NCBI GenBank assembly: GCA_965242965.1
Contig: OZ251518.1
Span: 4,498,181 to 4,562,180 of the forward strand
Length of the DNA: 64,000 bases
Direction of reading: 5' to 3'
Source of the DNA: Candidatus Poribacteria bacterium
Lineage (GTDB): Bacteria; Poribacteria; WGA-4E; WGA-3G
Shown here piece after piece: positions 51,623 through 61,141 of the stretch (positions are counted from its first letter, which is position 1; each line of letters opens with the position of its first letter). The translations under genes were made by a program, and so were the position numbers. Under the pieces are notes generated by a model that saw only the letters and a program-made list of their open reading frames with translations, ran no database searches and was not told the origin of the DNA.

Positions 51623-52055
51623 GGTGTCATCTCCTTTTTTCATTGATGCAAAATCTTCTTGTCTTCCCGTAGGAGGGACATCCTTGTCCCGATTTCCCGT
51701 AGGAGGGACATCCTTGTCCCGATGATGAATTCCCGTAGGAGGATTTTCCTTTGTTCGAGACCAGGAGGTCTCTCCTACGGTTGTTGCCTTGATACACCGT
51801 AGCGCGGGGGCCTGTCCCCCGCGATCGCTCGACCCGCGCGAAAAACGCACGCAGACTAAGGCCGTTTTCCGTTCCGAGCGGGTTTCCCCCGCGATCACCG
51901 AAGGGCTCTCCTACTGAGGATAATCGAGACCAGGAGGTCTCTCCTACTGCAGATAACTGAATACACATTTTAAACGCGATTCGGTTTGCAATGCAAGCGA
52001 AAAATGTGATATACTGATTATAGAAACGCAGTCCAAAAGTAAATAGGAGGAAAAC

Positions 52056-52700
52056 ATGGATACGCAAACCGGTTTCACGCGCGGGATTAACACCCGGTGG
52101 GTTAGTAATCCAGAAGGCTTCGTCTTCGGCGAACGTTATCGCGAGTTGCAAAAGGCGTGTGAAAAATGTTGTGGGTGGCATCTGTTATTGCCGCTCGGCA
52201 CTGCTGAGAAATACTACCTGCGCGGCATCAGCATTCCGAATGCGGATGCATCGTGCGATGCGGCGCAGACGGTGATAAACCTCGCGAAGTTACTCGTCGA
52301 TTCGTTAAATGACGATGCCCTGAAACGGTTAATTCCGCGCCAAAAGCGCGAGGAACTCAACGGGCTTTGGGGCATTGCGCTGCTTGAATTTGCCCTGTCT
52401 TTCAATGCGATTCAGGGGGCAGATGTTCATATCGCGTTTCTGCGGAAACTTCAGTGCCTCCGCGCCGATGGGAACGTGTGCAAATATCCGCTGGTAGAAA
52501 TTATTGACGGTGCCACGGATGTTCTGGATTACTTCATCGCGCTTTTAGAGAATGGCCGCATTGAGGCGATTGTCAAGCGAAATGCTAGAGATACCGTGAA
52601 CGCGCTCTTTGCGGAAATTCGGGCAGGCTATACCGCGGGTAAACCCGATGCTTCTGTCAATCATGACGAAGTGATTTATGAGTTGAAGGCGAAACCATGA
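52056..52700 (+). CDS. hypothetical protein, translationally coupled upstream partner of PIN toxin
   Basis: 214 aa with AGGAGG RBS. Its stop overlaps the PIN gene start (ATGA). No recognisable domain. Confidence 0.35.
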   Translation: MDTQTGFTRGINTRWVSNPEGFVFGERYRELQKACEKCCGWHLLLPLGTAEKYYLRGISIPNADASCDAAQTVINLAKLLVDSLNDDALKRLIPRQKREELNGLWGIALLEFALSFNAIQGADVHIAFLRKLQCLRADGNVCKYPLVEIIDGATDVLDYFIALLENGRIEAIVKRNARDTVNALFAEIRAGYTAGKPDASVNHDEVIYELKAKP

Positions 52701-53113
52701 TTTTTGTTGATTCTGGGGCATGGATTGCGGTGCTGAATCCGAAAGACCGGCACCATGAAGAGGCGAACGCAACTTTCGCCGGCTTGCATCGGAACATTAC
52801 ACTCGTAACGACCGATTATGTGATTGACGAAACCGCGACTCGTCTCCGATATGACACCAACCACGCGCTTGCTGTCAAGTTCTTGGATGCTATTGAAGAG
52901 TTTGAGATGTCCGGGGATTTAACGGTTATAGCAATCACTGCCGAAGTGTTTCAGGAAGCAAAAGCCCTTTTCCGGCAACGCAATTCTCCGCGGCTCCGGC
53001 TCTCATTTACGGATTGCACCAGTTTTGTGGTGTGCTGGTCGGATGTCCGCATCACGAAGGCTTTTGCTTTTGACGAGGACTTCCCGAAGATGGGGATTCC
53101 TTTGCAGCGGTGA
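52697..53113 (+). CDS. PIN-domain ribonuclease (VapC-like toxin)
   Basis: 138 aa. N-terminal acidic motif (MIFVDSGAWIA) and second motif (TTDYVIDE) match PIN catalytic acidic residues. Confidence 0.65.
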   Translation: MIFVDSGAWIAVLNPKDRHHEEANATFAGLHRNITLVTTDYVIDETATRLRYDTNHALAVKFLDAIEEFEMSGDLTVIAITAEVFQEAKALFRQRNSPRLRLSFTDCTSFVVCWSDVRITKAFAFDEDFPKMGIPLQR

Positions 53114-53187
53114 GGAGAGTGCAAATAGGATTTCTGCATCTCTGCACTGTAAAGAGGGGAGGCTCTTCACATCCCCGATCGTTCGTG

Positions 53188-54378
53188 TTAAATTTCTCGG
53201 CCGTCGTCTGGGACAATCACGCTTTTTTCTAGTTTCTCAACATACTCTTGGTTAATGATACCTTCGCCGGCCTGGAGAAACAGATTATCGTGAAAAGCAG
53301 CATTGAGCACGTTGCCGCATTGTTTGTGGATGTTGCCAGTGGTGCGTAACTCTAAACCCTCCAGAAGCACGCGCAGTGCCTCTTCCTCGAAGGGATAAGT
53401 TTGCGGAAGTGTCTCCAATCGCGGCGTTTGGAGACGGTACTTGCGATGGTTGAGGCGTTCTGTAACATAGTGAATCGCTTCATCAACCGTCAACCCTTGG
53501 AAATAGACGACATCGGTAATACGCTCTGGCAAGCCGCGCCCTAAAACGAGCGTAATAACGTTGCGGTACACTCTAGAGCAGACGAGATCTGTCCGCAGAA
53601 ACACCGTGAAGAAATGCGGAAGCCGATCGATTAGGTCCCGGATTCCTTGTGTTAGTTCGCGAAACGGTACCCGATCTACACAGAGCAGATTCTCCAGTTC
53701 GTCAATCCAGAGGCAAACACGCGCGTGCCGGTGAATGTCAAGGCTCGGGTCTAAACCGATAAGGCACTGTATCACCCCCGCCAGCACTCGGAACCGATCT
53801 TGCCTTTTGATGTTCCGGGCGATGCCGAGTTCCCGCAATTCGGTGCGGGAACTACCCTCTAGGAAATAGTTACGCAATAAAGTTGGCTTCGCGTCTGATT
53901 CCTCTGTCCCCAGTAACCAAAAAGCACGCGCGAGTTCTTCACCGCCAAGCACTTTGTGAAGAGTTGCCCACGCTTCTGCCTTGGGTAACTCACCGATGGC
54001 ATCGCGGACAATTTCCCGAACGCGCGTCATGCCGAGCGTATCAAGGAAATCCGTGTAAAAATCATTGACAGCGTCCTCAATCTGCATCGGAACGCGCAGA
54101 TGGATGGCACGAAACCGTTCGCCCTCGCTAAAAAATGGCGGTAAGGCACCTTGATACTTAAAGCGGGACGAGGCATAAGCCTGCCCCTCAGCACGGGGCG
54201 CACGGAAAAGAACAACCTGCGGATGAGAGGACAAGGTTGCTTCCCGCAAGATTTTGGAAAACTGCCGATCCAATTTCTCCATGCCTTCACAGGTGACGTG
54301 TTTGGCACCCGGTAGCACGGTAAAGTCAAAGGGGTTCGCTTTTAGAAAAGCCAAACTCCAGTCCCATTTCTGAAACAT
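53188..54378 (-). CDS. hypothetical protein, possible AAA+/ORC-like NTPase with degenerate P-loop
   Basis: ATG at 54378 with AAGGAG RBS; the track's 54477 start is an extension. Walker-B-like motif (RVCLWIDELENLL) and Cdc6/ORC-like post-sensor-1 block (ITDVVYFQGLTVDEAIHYVTERL). No canonical GxxxxGK[ST]. Confidence 0.3.
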   Translation of the reverse strand: MFQKWDWSLAFLKANPFDFTVLPGAKHVTCEGMEKLDRQFSKILREATLSSHPQVVLFRAPRAEGQAYASSRFKYQGALPPFFSEGERFRAIHLRVPMQIEDAVNDFYTDFLDTLGMTRVREIVRDAIGELPKAEAWATLHKVLGGEELARAFWLLGTEESDAKPTLLRNYFLEGSSRTELRELGIARNIKRQDRFRVLAGVIQCLIGLDPSLDIHRHARVCLWIDELENLLCVDRVPFRELTQGIRDLIDRLPHFFTVFLRTDLVCSRVYRNVITLVLGRGLPERITDVVYFQGLTVDEAIHYVTERLNHRKYRLQTPRLETLPQTYPFEEEALRVLLEGLELRTTGNIHKQCGNVLNAAFHDNLFLQAGEGIINQEYVEKLEKSVIVPDDGREI

Positions 54379-54648
54379 TGTCAATCTCCTTTTTTGCTTG
54401 CAATGAGTGCGGCAATGAGGAGCATGTCTCCGCAACTGCCGCCGATTTATCGTTTTCAACTTTATATATATTAACACATCTGATTAGCGGATGTCAACTG
54501 AATTCCGAAAATTTTAAAATTTGGCATTTTTCGCGAAATATGCTATTATATACTTAGAATCCGAAATCACAGTCTTTTGAAACAAATTTTCTGCTCAAGT
54601 CGTTATATCTAATTTAGGGGACTTTCCTTAGAAAGGGACATTTAACTC
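54379..54648. promoter_or_regulatory. AT-rich divergent intergenic region between the 396-aa gene and dndC
   Basis: 270 bp at about 30% GC with TATTATAT-like -10 candidates on both strands. Confidence 0.35.
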
Positions 54649-56055
54649 ATGGGAACCGAGACATCCTACAGCATCTTCAATACGCGCACGCTTGCCCAGG
54701 TCTATCGCGAAATTCAAGAGGTCTATCTTGAAAACGCGCGCCCCTGGGTCATCGGGTACAGCGGTGGAAAAGACTCAACGACAGCACTCCAACTCGTTTG
54801 GTATGCTCTCGCGGAACTGCCGGCCGAAGAACGGAAGTATCCGGTTTACGTGATTTCATCCGACACCCTCGTTGAAACGCCGGTGATCGTTAGTTATATC
54901 ACCGGCACGCTGGCGCGAATCGAAGCGCATGCGAGCGAACAACAGATGCCCTTTCACACCGAACTCGTTCGGCCGAAGACGGAGGATACCTTCTGGGTTA
55001 ACCTCATCGGGAAGGGCTACCCGGCACCCTACTCACGCTTCCGATGGTGCACCGACCGGCTCAAAATACAGCCGGCGAATCGGTTCATCATAGAAAAAGC
55101 CTCGGAATACGGCGAGGTTATCCTCGTGCTCGGTTCACGGAAAGGGGAGAGTGCCACCCGCGATCAGGTGTTGAGTCTGCATCGTCTCAAAGATTCGTTG
55201 CTGTCACGGCATACCACACTGCCGAACGCTTACGTCTATACGCCCATCGTCGATTTCGGGTTGAACGATGTTTGGATGTATCTGCTCAGCAATCCGCCGC
55301 CGTGGGGAGGGGATAACAAGCAGCTCGTCACGCTTTATCGAAACGCCAACGCGCAAGGCGAATGCCCACTCGTCGTTGACGAGACTACGCCTTCCTGCGG
55401 AAATAGCCGATTCGGATGTTGGACCTGCACGGTTGTCTCCAAAGACCGGTCCATGGAAGGCCTCATTGACAACGGCGAAGAGTGGATGTTGCCGCTGCTA
55501 GAATTTCGAGACTTCCTCGCCGAAACACAAGACCCCGAGCGGAAGGCGGATATTCGGGAACATAGACGGCGGAATGGGAAAATCACGTTCGTGGGAGAGA
55601 AACTGATTCGCGGCCCCTATACGCTGGAATTCTGCAAGAAGTTGTTGAGGCGACTCCTTAAAACCCAGCAGCAGGTCCGCGAAGAGGGGCCAGACCAGAA
55701 CCTCCAACTCATCACGGATGCTGAATTGGAAGAGATTCGCAACATCTGGCGAACCGAACGTTCGGATTGGGAAGATGCGGTGCCGCAGATTTACAAAGAA
55801 GTTGTCGGTGAGCGCGAGTGGATTGTTGACGATACAACATCCTTCACCGCGGCGGATAAGCAACTCCTGGCCGCAGTCTGCGATGAAACCGGCGTTCCCG
55901 TTGAACTCGTCGCGAAATTATTGGATACCGAGCAGCAGATGGATGGCATGCTGCGGCGTGCGGGGATTCATTCCCGCATTGATGCAATTTTTCATGAAGA
56001 CTGGCACTCGGAAGCTGAGGCACGCGCCGAATTAGACGCGCGTGATGGACAATGA
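54649..56055 (+). CDS. dndC: DNA phosphorothioation protein DndC (PAPS-reductase-like ATP pyrophosphatase, Fe-S)
   Basis: 468 aa. PP-loop motif (SGGKDST) and a C-terminal Cys cluster (CPLVVDETTPSCGNSRFGCWTCT). Followed in order by dndD and dndE. Confidence 0.8.
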   Translation: MGTETSYSIFNTRTLAQVYREIQEVYLENARPWVIGYSGGKDSTTALQLVWYALAELPAEERKYPVYVISSDTLVETPVIVSYITGTLARIEAHASEQQMPFHTELVRPKTEDTFWVNLIGKGYPAPYSRFRWCTDRLKIQPANRFIIEKASEYGEVILVLGSRKGESATRDQVLSLHRLKDSLLSRHTTLPNAYVYTPIVDFGLNDVWMYLLSNPPPWGGDNKQLVTLYRNANAQGECPLVVDETTPSCGNSRFGCWTCTVVSKDRSMEGLIDNGEEWMLPLLEFRDFLAETQDPERKADIREHRRRNGKITFVGEKLIRGPYTLEFCKKLLRRLLKTQQQVREEGPDQNLQLITDAELEEIRNIWRTERSDWEDAVPQIYKEVVGEREWIVDDTTSFTAADKQLLAAVCDETGVPVELVAKLLDTEQQMDGMLRRAGIHSRIDAIFHEDWHSEAEARAELDARDGQ

Positions 56056-58064
56056 TTATCCATAAACTTTCCCTCAACAACTTCGGCTTGTTTCGCGGGC
56101 GGCAGACCCTTCCGTTGACACCAAACGGCACCGGGCCTGTTATCCTCATCGGTGGCATGAATGGTGCTGGTAAAACGACGCTGTTAGAAGCAGTGCGCCT
56201 CTGTTTATATGGGCGGCGGGCCCTCGGGAACCGGGTAGGGCAAAGTGAATATCACGACTACCTCTTCAACATGATTCATCGGAACCCACATTCGGTGGTG
56301 CCGTTGAACCACGCCGCTGTGTCGCTTGAATTTGAGTATACCCGCGGTGGCGAGAAAAAACGATATCGGGTTGAACGCTCTTGGGAGCATCACGGTGGAA
56401 AACACCCTACGGTTCGGGAAGGCTTGACTTTCCATGAAAATGACTGGCCAAGTCCCGAAATTGACGAAGGACATTGGCAGGATTACATCAACGAACTCAT
56501 CCCAATCGGCGTGTCTCAATTCTTCTTTTTCGATGGAGAGGACATCCAGAAATTAGCGGATGATTCCACCCACAATGGCTCTCTCGCCGAGTCCATTAAA
56601 GCGTTGCTCGGGCTCAATCTCGTTGAGCGGCTGCAATCGGATCTGCGTATCTACTCAAATCGCCTCGTTAAACAAGCGAGTCCCGAACCGGTGCAGGAAG
56701 AAATCGATGCAGCGGAATCAGAGGTTGCTGTCCTTACCGCAGAGCTCGCGAAGGCAAACGCGAAAAAAGATTCTCTCCAGGTCCGCATTGGAAAGTTATC
56801 TGGGGAAATAGCGCAACAAGAAGCACGGATTGCCGCTGAAGGCGGCGGCTATGCCAAAAAACGCGACATACTGAAACTTCAGCAGCAGCAGTGCCAGACA
56901 GAGGTTGAGAAGGCAGAGGACGATATTCGCGAGATGTGCAACGGTCTGTTTCCTTTCAGCCTCGCACCGAAACTTCTTAGGGACTTCAAGGAACAGCTCC
57001 TTAAAGAAATCGAATTAGATGAGTGGGAAGCGAAAAATCGCGCGCTAACTGAACAGAACACCGCGGTGCTTGAAACCCTTGAATCTGGTGATTTTTGGGA
57101 GGATGTCTCTCTATCGGGGGAACAAATCACGGATATTCGCGCCAAACTTGCGCCGCTGCTCCAGACACAATTTGAGCGTCCTGAATCGTTGCGCGGTTTC
57201 ACAAAACTCCGGGACCGGTCTCCATCGGAACGCCAGAAATTGTTAAAATGGATTGATGCTTGTCTCAATGAAATTCCTCAACAAGCGAGGAAATTGTTCA
57301 AAGCACTGAGAACGGCAAAATCGGAACTAGAAAAAGTAGAACAGGCTCTTCAGAGAGTGCCATCCGACGAACTCCTGAAACCGCTGATTGAGAAACTCTC
57401 GGCGTTAAATCAGACACTCGGCCAGTTGCAAAAACAGGAACAAGATGCGGACAAATCCGTCCGGTCTTTAATGCATCGACTTGCAGAGGCAGAACGAAAA
57501 TTGGAAAAGTTGTATCACGCTGAACAACGCGGGCGCGAACACCTCCAACGTCAACATCGCGTGAGCAACGTGCAATCGGTGCTTTCCACCTACACAACGC
57601 GACTCACCGAGACGAAGATTTTGGCATTAGGAAATGCGATAGTCAAGGGATTCAACCAGCTCTCTCACAAGCCGGATAGAATCAAACGGGTTGAGATACA
57701 CCCGCGAACGTTTGCGGTAACGCTCTACGATACCCGCAGTCAGCCCATCACCAAGGACGAATTATCGGCGGGTGAAAAGCAGATTTACACTACCGCGCTG
57801 TTATGGGGGTTGGCGAAAACCTCCGGCAAGGCACTGCCGATGATTCTTGACACGCCTTTGGGCCGTTTGGATAGTGATCATCGCCACCTGCTAATTGAGC
57901 AGTATTTTCCTTATGTCAGTCACCAAGTGGTGTTGCTCTCAACTGATACGGAAGTTGATGAGCACTTCTGCACGCTGTTGAAACCGCACACCTCGCATAC
58001 GTTTCATCTGGCGTATCAGCATGCGGAAGCTTGCACCACAGTTGAAAACGGCTATTTTGGGTAA
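56052..58064 (+). CDS. dndD: DNA phosphorothioation protein DndD (SMC/RecF-like ABC ATPase)
   Basis: 670 aa with a 4-nt ATGA overlap with dndC. N-terminal Walker A (GMNGAGKTT), FFFFDGEDI block, central coiled coil, C-terminal D-loop region (ILDTPLGRLDSDHR). Confidence 0.8.
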   Translation: MIIHKLSLNNFGLFRGRQTLPLTPNGTGPVILIGGMNGAGKTTLLEAVRLCLYGRRALGNRVGQSEYHDYLFNMIHRNPHSVVPLNHAAVSLEFEYTRGGEKKRYRVERSWEHHGGKHPTVREGLTFHENDWPSPEIDEGHWQDYINELIPIGVSQFFFFDGEDIQKLADDSTHNGSLAESIKALLGLNLVERLQSDLRIYSNRLVKQASPEPVQEEIDAAESEVAVLTAELAKANAKKDSLQVRIGKLSGEIAQQEARIAAEGGGYAKKRDILKLQQQQCQTEVEKAEDDIREMCNGLFPFSLAPKLLRDFKEQLLKEIELDEWEAKNRALTEQNTAVLETLESGDFWEDVSLSGEQITDIRAKLAPLLQTQFERPESLRGFTKLRDRSPSERQKLLKWIDACLNEIPQQARKLFKALRTAKSELEKVEQALQRVPSDELLKPLIEKLSALNQTLGQLQKQEQDADKSVRSLMHRLAEAERKLEKLYHAEQRGREHLQRQHRVSNVQSVLSTYTTRLTETKILALGNAIVKGFNQLSHKPDRIKRVEIHPRTFAVTLYDTRSQPITKDELSAGEKQIYTTALLWGLAKTSGKALPMILDTPLGRLDSDHRHLLIEQYFPYVSHQVVLLSTDTEVDEHFCTLLKPHTSHTFHLAYQHAEACTTVENGYFG

Positions 58065-58070
58065 GGCACA

Positions 58071-58436
58071 ATGCAATTAAACCGAATTCACATTTCCGAA
58101 GATTCACGTCATAAGTTGAGCGTTTTGAAGGCGCGCACTGGGTTGTTACCCAACGTCCTCTGCCGGCTTGGGTTAACGCTTTCCCTTGAGGAATCCAACG
58201 AGCCAACCCTTGATGCTGATGCGACGGATGGCTCAGAGTTTAACCGCTTTACCTTGATGGGGGAGTGGGATCCGTTGATTGTGGGACTCGTGGAGAGACG
58301 CTGTGCTTCCAACGGAAACGGCACAGACAACGGCGCGCTTGTTAAATACTTCCGCGCGCATCTGAACCGGGGGGTAGTTTTGCTTTACGGCCGCGTGAGA
58401 GGATTAGAAGACTTGACGAACCTTCTTCCAGAATAG
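58071..58436 (+). CDS. dndE: DNA phosphorothioation protein DndE
   Basis: 121 aa, starting 6 nt after the dndD stop. Size, position and N-terminus (IHISEDSRHKLSVLKARTG) fit DndE. Confidence 0.65.
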   Translation: MQLNRIHISEDSRHKLSVLKARTGLLPNVLCRLGLTLSLEESNEPTLDADATDGSEFNRFTLMGEWDPLIVGLVERRCASNGNGTDNGALVKYFRAHLNRGVVLLYGRVRGLEDLTNLLPE

Positions 58437-58516
58437 TATTACTTTTTGCGAATTTCCATAACTACTCAGAAAAAGAATCAGATGTACGATAAATTCACTT
58501 GCCACACAGGGCATTG

Positions 58517-58999
58517 TTACCAAACATCCGAGATTAAACTTTTGTATGGATCCCAATTCAAAAGTAAATCCACCAAGTTTGTGATTCTGTCGCCAGGCAT
58601 ATCTTCAACCTGATTCTGAACCTCTATAATTCCACCGTTGGCGTATTCTTCCGCGATAGTTAGGATCTCCTCTTGATCTGTCAATATGTCAATGTCGCCA
58701 GTCACAGTGAGTGCTAATGCCCGAAGTAGTGGAACATCCGTATCGTGTGAAAATTGAGCCCAAGCGAAAATCATTTCTTTATCTTTTCCGAGCGGTACCC
58801 GCTTTTTCTCGTGGTAACCTATGAAGGCAGCGAGCATGAAAATATTTTTCATGGACTCAAACGGGGGTAAATCTTCCTGACCTGCGTTTTCTCTCGATTT
58901 CGTCAGGGCGACGTAGATTGAATGATGGGACTTGTCAATCCGGATGCGATCTCGAGCTCTGGATTGTGGATTTCTACGTTCCTCAGTGTTATCTAGCAT
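58517..58999 (-). CDS. hypothetical 160-aa protein, last gene of the nuclease-helicase/ATPase operon
   Basis: ATG at 58999 with AGGAGG RBS, 17 nt after the ATPase stop. No recognisable domain. Confidence 0.4.
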   Translation of the reverse strand: MLDNTEERRNPQSRARDRIRIDKSHHSIYVALTKSRENAGQEDLPPFESMKNIFMLAAFIGYHEKKRVPLGKDKEMIFAWAQFSHDTDVPLLRALALTVTGDIDILTDQEEILTIAEEYANGGIIEVQNQVEDMPGDRITNLVDLLLNWDPYKSLISDVW

Positions 59000-59016
59000 C
59001 GTATTATCCTCTCCTC

Positions 59017-60981
59017 CTAAATTTCTTCAATGGTGGTTGTCTTCGTCTGCGGATTGAATTTCAATTCATATTCTGCACCGATTCGAGGCTTAAGGTTTGC
59101 CTTTGCTTCTGGACGCAATTCCTCATCAGTCACGAATAGGACTAGCTGCTTGGCAATATCAGGAAGGATTACCGTTATGTTTTTCCTATGTTCGCTGGAA
59201 AGCCTGCCGAAAGGCGTATCCATTACAATCGGAAATGGTTCCTCCTTCAGTTGAGGGATCGTTTTCTGAACAGCTACCTTTGCCATTGCGGCGATGAAAG
59301 CGAGGCTGAGGACCTGACGTTGCCCCGCAGAAAGTTCAGGCAGTACGTCCGCGCCATTTTCGTCGATCACCTGAAGTTGGTAATTTTCGCTCAGACGAAC
59401 ATGGGCAAAATGATCGCCGTTCCACACCAAACGTTTGAAAATTTGCCCAACTTCCACTTGGACTTGCTCACGTATCTCTTTTGAGAATATAGCGTAAATC
59501 GTCTTCATCGCGGTCGACGCATCGCTGGCAAGTTTCCAAAATCTTTTTAGTTCTTCGGCTTTGGCGTTTGAATCCGTTTCAGTGCTGATTTGCTGCTCTT
59601 GCTTAGCTATGCCTTGGTTGATTTCCAGGATTCTCCCCTTAGTTTCGTTTATCACTTCTTCTAATTTGGGGATTTTCGCTTCATATTCCTTGCGCCGTTC
59701 TTCTAAGGCACGGGCTTCATCATGATCTAGATTTTCCAATTCGCGTCTAATGTTTTTTAAACGCGTTTCCTTCGCCTTTATATCTCGATCTAATTGTTCC
59801 GCCTTCCCCAAAACCAATTTTAAATTAGTTGGAAGGTTCCCTACTCGATCTTGCACTAAAAGGTTCAGATCATAAGTTTCCCGCGCGACATGTCCCAAGT
59901 CTGATGAAACAGATTGATTAAGAAGGTTACGGATAGTTTGAAACTCTGGGCTTCGATTGTCGATAGGTCTGCCACAGAGGCAACGCATCTCATTAAGAAG
60001 ATCGCTAAGAAGTCCTGCAGGAATTCCTCTCTGGACTTCCGCCAAAATTTCCAATGCCTCATCAATAGCAGGTTTTGCTAACGCGATAAAGCCTTGATTA
60101 GCCAAACTCCGAATTTTTTCTTGGATTTCCGCTTTTTGGTGCTGAAACTGCTCTAGTTCTGCCTCAATTGCTTTACGTTTGTTGACAAGCATGCGTAATC
60201 CCTTGATGTCTTCCAGACGTTCGTCAATCTCCCGCTTTTGCTGCTTGGCAAGTGTCAATTCTTCCTGAGAACTCGCTATAACATCTGACAATTTGTCACG
60301 GGATGCTTCTTTCGCTGCTTTTTCATTGAGCAAAGCCTTTAGTTTGCCTGAGGCATGCTTCCTCGCTTCCCGCTGGTACTCACCGGTAATGTCTTCTAAA
60401 TGTTTCATGCCGCGGGCAACCTCTTCAATTTTTAAGACATTGCGCACAGCACTCTCAACTTCCTTTTTGCGTTCTGGCCTCGTGAAGTTGTTAATCTTCT
60501 CGCCATCAAAAAAGAAGTGAACACTCACATCCTCAGGCATTATTGAACTAATCCAGGCTGATGCTTCGTCATCACTGAATTCGCGAAACTTGATTATTTC
60601 TAAGGAAAAGGGTGTTTCAATCCGCGGATACAGTGTTTCTCCTACCGATAAATGCCTATGAATTTTCCGTTTGGCACAGAATTCGACTTCCTGGTCAGGA
60701 AACATTCCTTGATAAGTAAAACGAAGTTCTACCGAGGTTACCACGTTTTCTCCCTCTGCAAGAGCACGCCTATTCACCAATTCGCCAATCTGTCCGATGT
60801 TTTTCTCAACAAATTTGTCGCCGTATAAACACCAGTTGATAGCAGTAAAGAGGGAGGTTTTCCCCGCGCCATTAACACCGTGAATAACCGTAACATGACG
60901 GTCGTCACTGGTAGCGAAATTAATGGTGTGTTCCCCATAGTACTGCCGAAAATTTTTCAATGTTATGCTGCTAAGCTTCAT
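59017..60981 (-). CDS. DndD-paralog SMC/RecF-like ATPase (AAA_23-type)
   Basis: ATG at 60981 (MKLSSITLKNF). Walker A (GVNGAGKTSL), HFFFDGEKI block matching the FFFFDGEDI of the adjacent true DndD, long coiled coil, C-terminal IVMDTPFGRLSSEHR matching DndD ILDTPLGRLDSDHR. Confidence 0.65.
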   Translation of the reverse strand: MKLSSITLKNFRQYYGEHTINFATSDDRHVTVIHGVNGAGKTSLFTAINWCLYGDKFVEKNIGQIGELVNRRALAEGENVVTSVELRFTYQGMFPDQEVEFCAKRKIHRHLSVGETLYPRIETPFSLEIIKFREFSDDEASAWISSIMPEDVSVHFFFDGEKINNFTRPERKKEVESAVRNVLKIEEVARGMKHLEDITGEYQREARKHASGKLKALLNEKAAKEASRDKLSDVIASSQEELTLAKQQKREIDERLEDIKGLRMLVNKRKAIEAELEQFQHQKAEIQEKIRSLANQGFIALAKPAIDEALEILAEVQRGIPAGLLSDLLNEMRCLCGRPIDNRSPEFQTIRNLLNQSVSSDLGHVARETYDLNLLVQDRVGNLPTNLKLVLGKAEQLDRDIKAKETRLKNIRRELENLDHDEARALEERRKEYEAKIPKLEEVINETKGRILEINQGIAKQEQQISTETDSNAKAEELKRFWKLASDASTAMKTIYAIFSKEIREQVQVEVGQIFKRLVWNGDHFAHVRLSENYQLQVIDENGADVLPELSAGQRQVLSLAFIAAMAKVAVQKTIPQLKEEPFPIVMDTPFGRLSSEHRKNITVILPDIAKQLVLFVTDEELRPEAKANLKPRIGAEYELKFNPQTKTTTIEEI

Positions 60982-61141
60982 GTGCTTTGACCTCTTCTTG
61001 AATAATTCGGCGGATTTCAAGTTTGATTCCTTGAGGCTTCCTCATGTCCAATTTTTGGAGCTCTGCCTCAAGAACCTTCTCAATTACATTCCTTACTTGG
61101 GGTGGTAGAGTCTGTTTGAACTCTTCTATTCCGTTTTTCAT
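60971..61141 (-). CDS. small 56-aa charged helical protein translationally coupled between helicase-nuclease and ATPase genes
   Basis: Not in the ORF track. ATG at 61141..61139 overlaps the TGA of the upstream gene (ATGA). Its stop overlaps the ATPase start by 11 nt. Sequence MKNGIEEFKQTLPPQVRNVIEKVLEAELQKLDMRKPQGIKLEIRRIIQEEVKAHEA. Confidence 0.35.
   Translation of the reverse strand: MKNGIEEFKQTLPPQVRNVIEKVLEAELQKLDMRKPQGIKLEIRRIIQEEVKAHEA

Noticed and set aside
53188-54378. Considered calling the 396-aa protein DndB
   Set aside because: It has no DGQHR/DGQQR motif and no resemblance to DndB as I recall it. It is left as a hypothetical AAA+-like protein.
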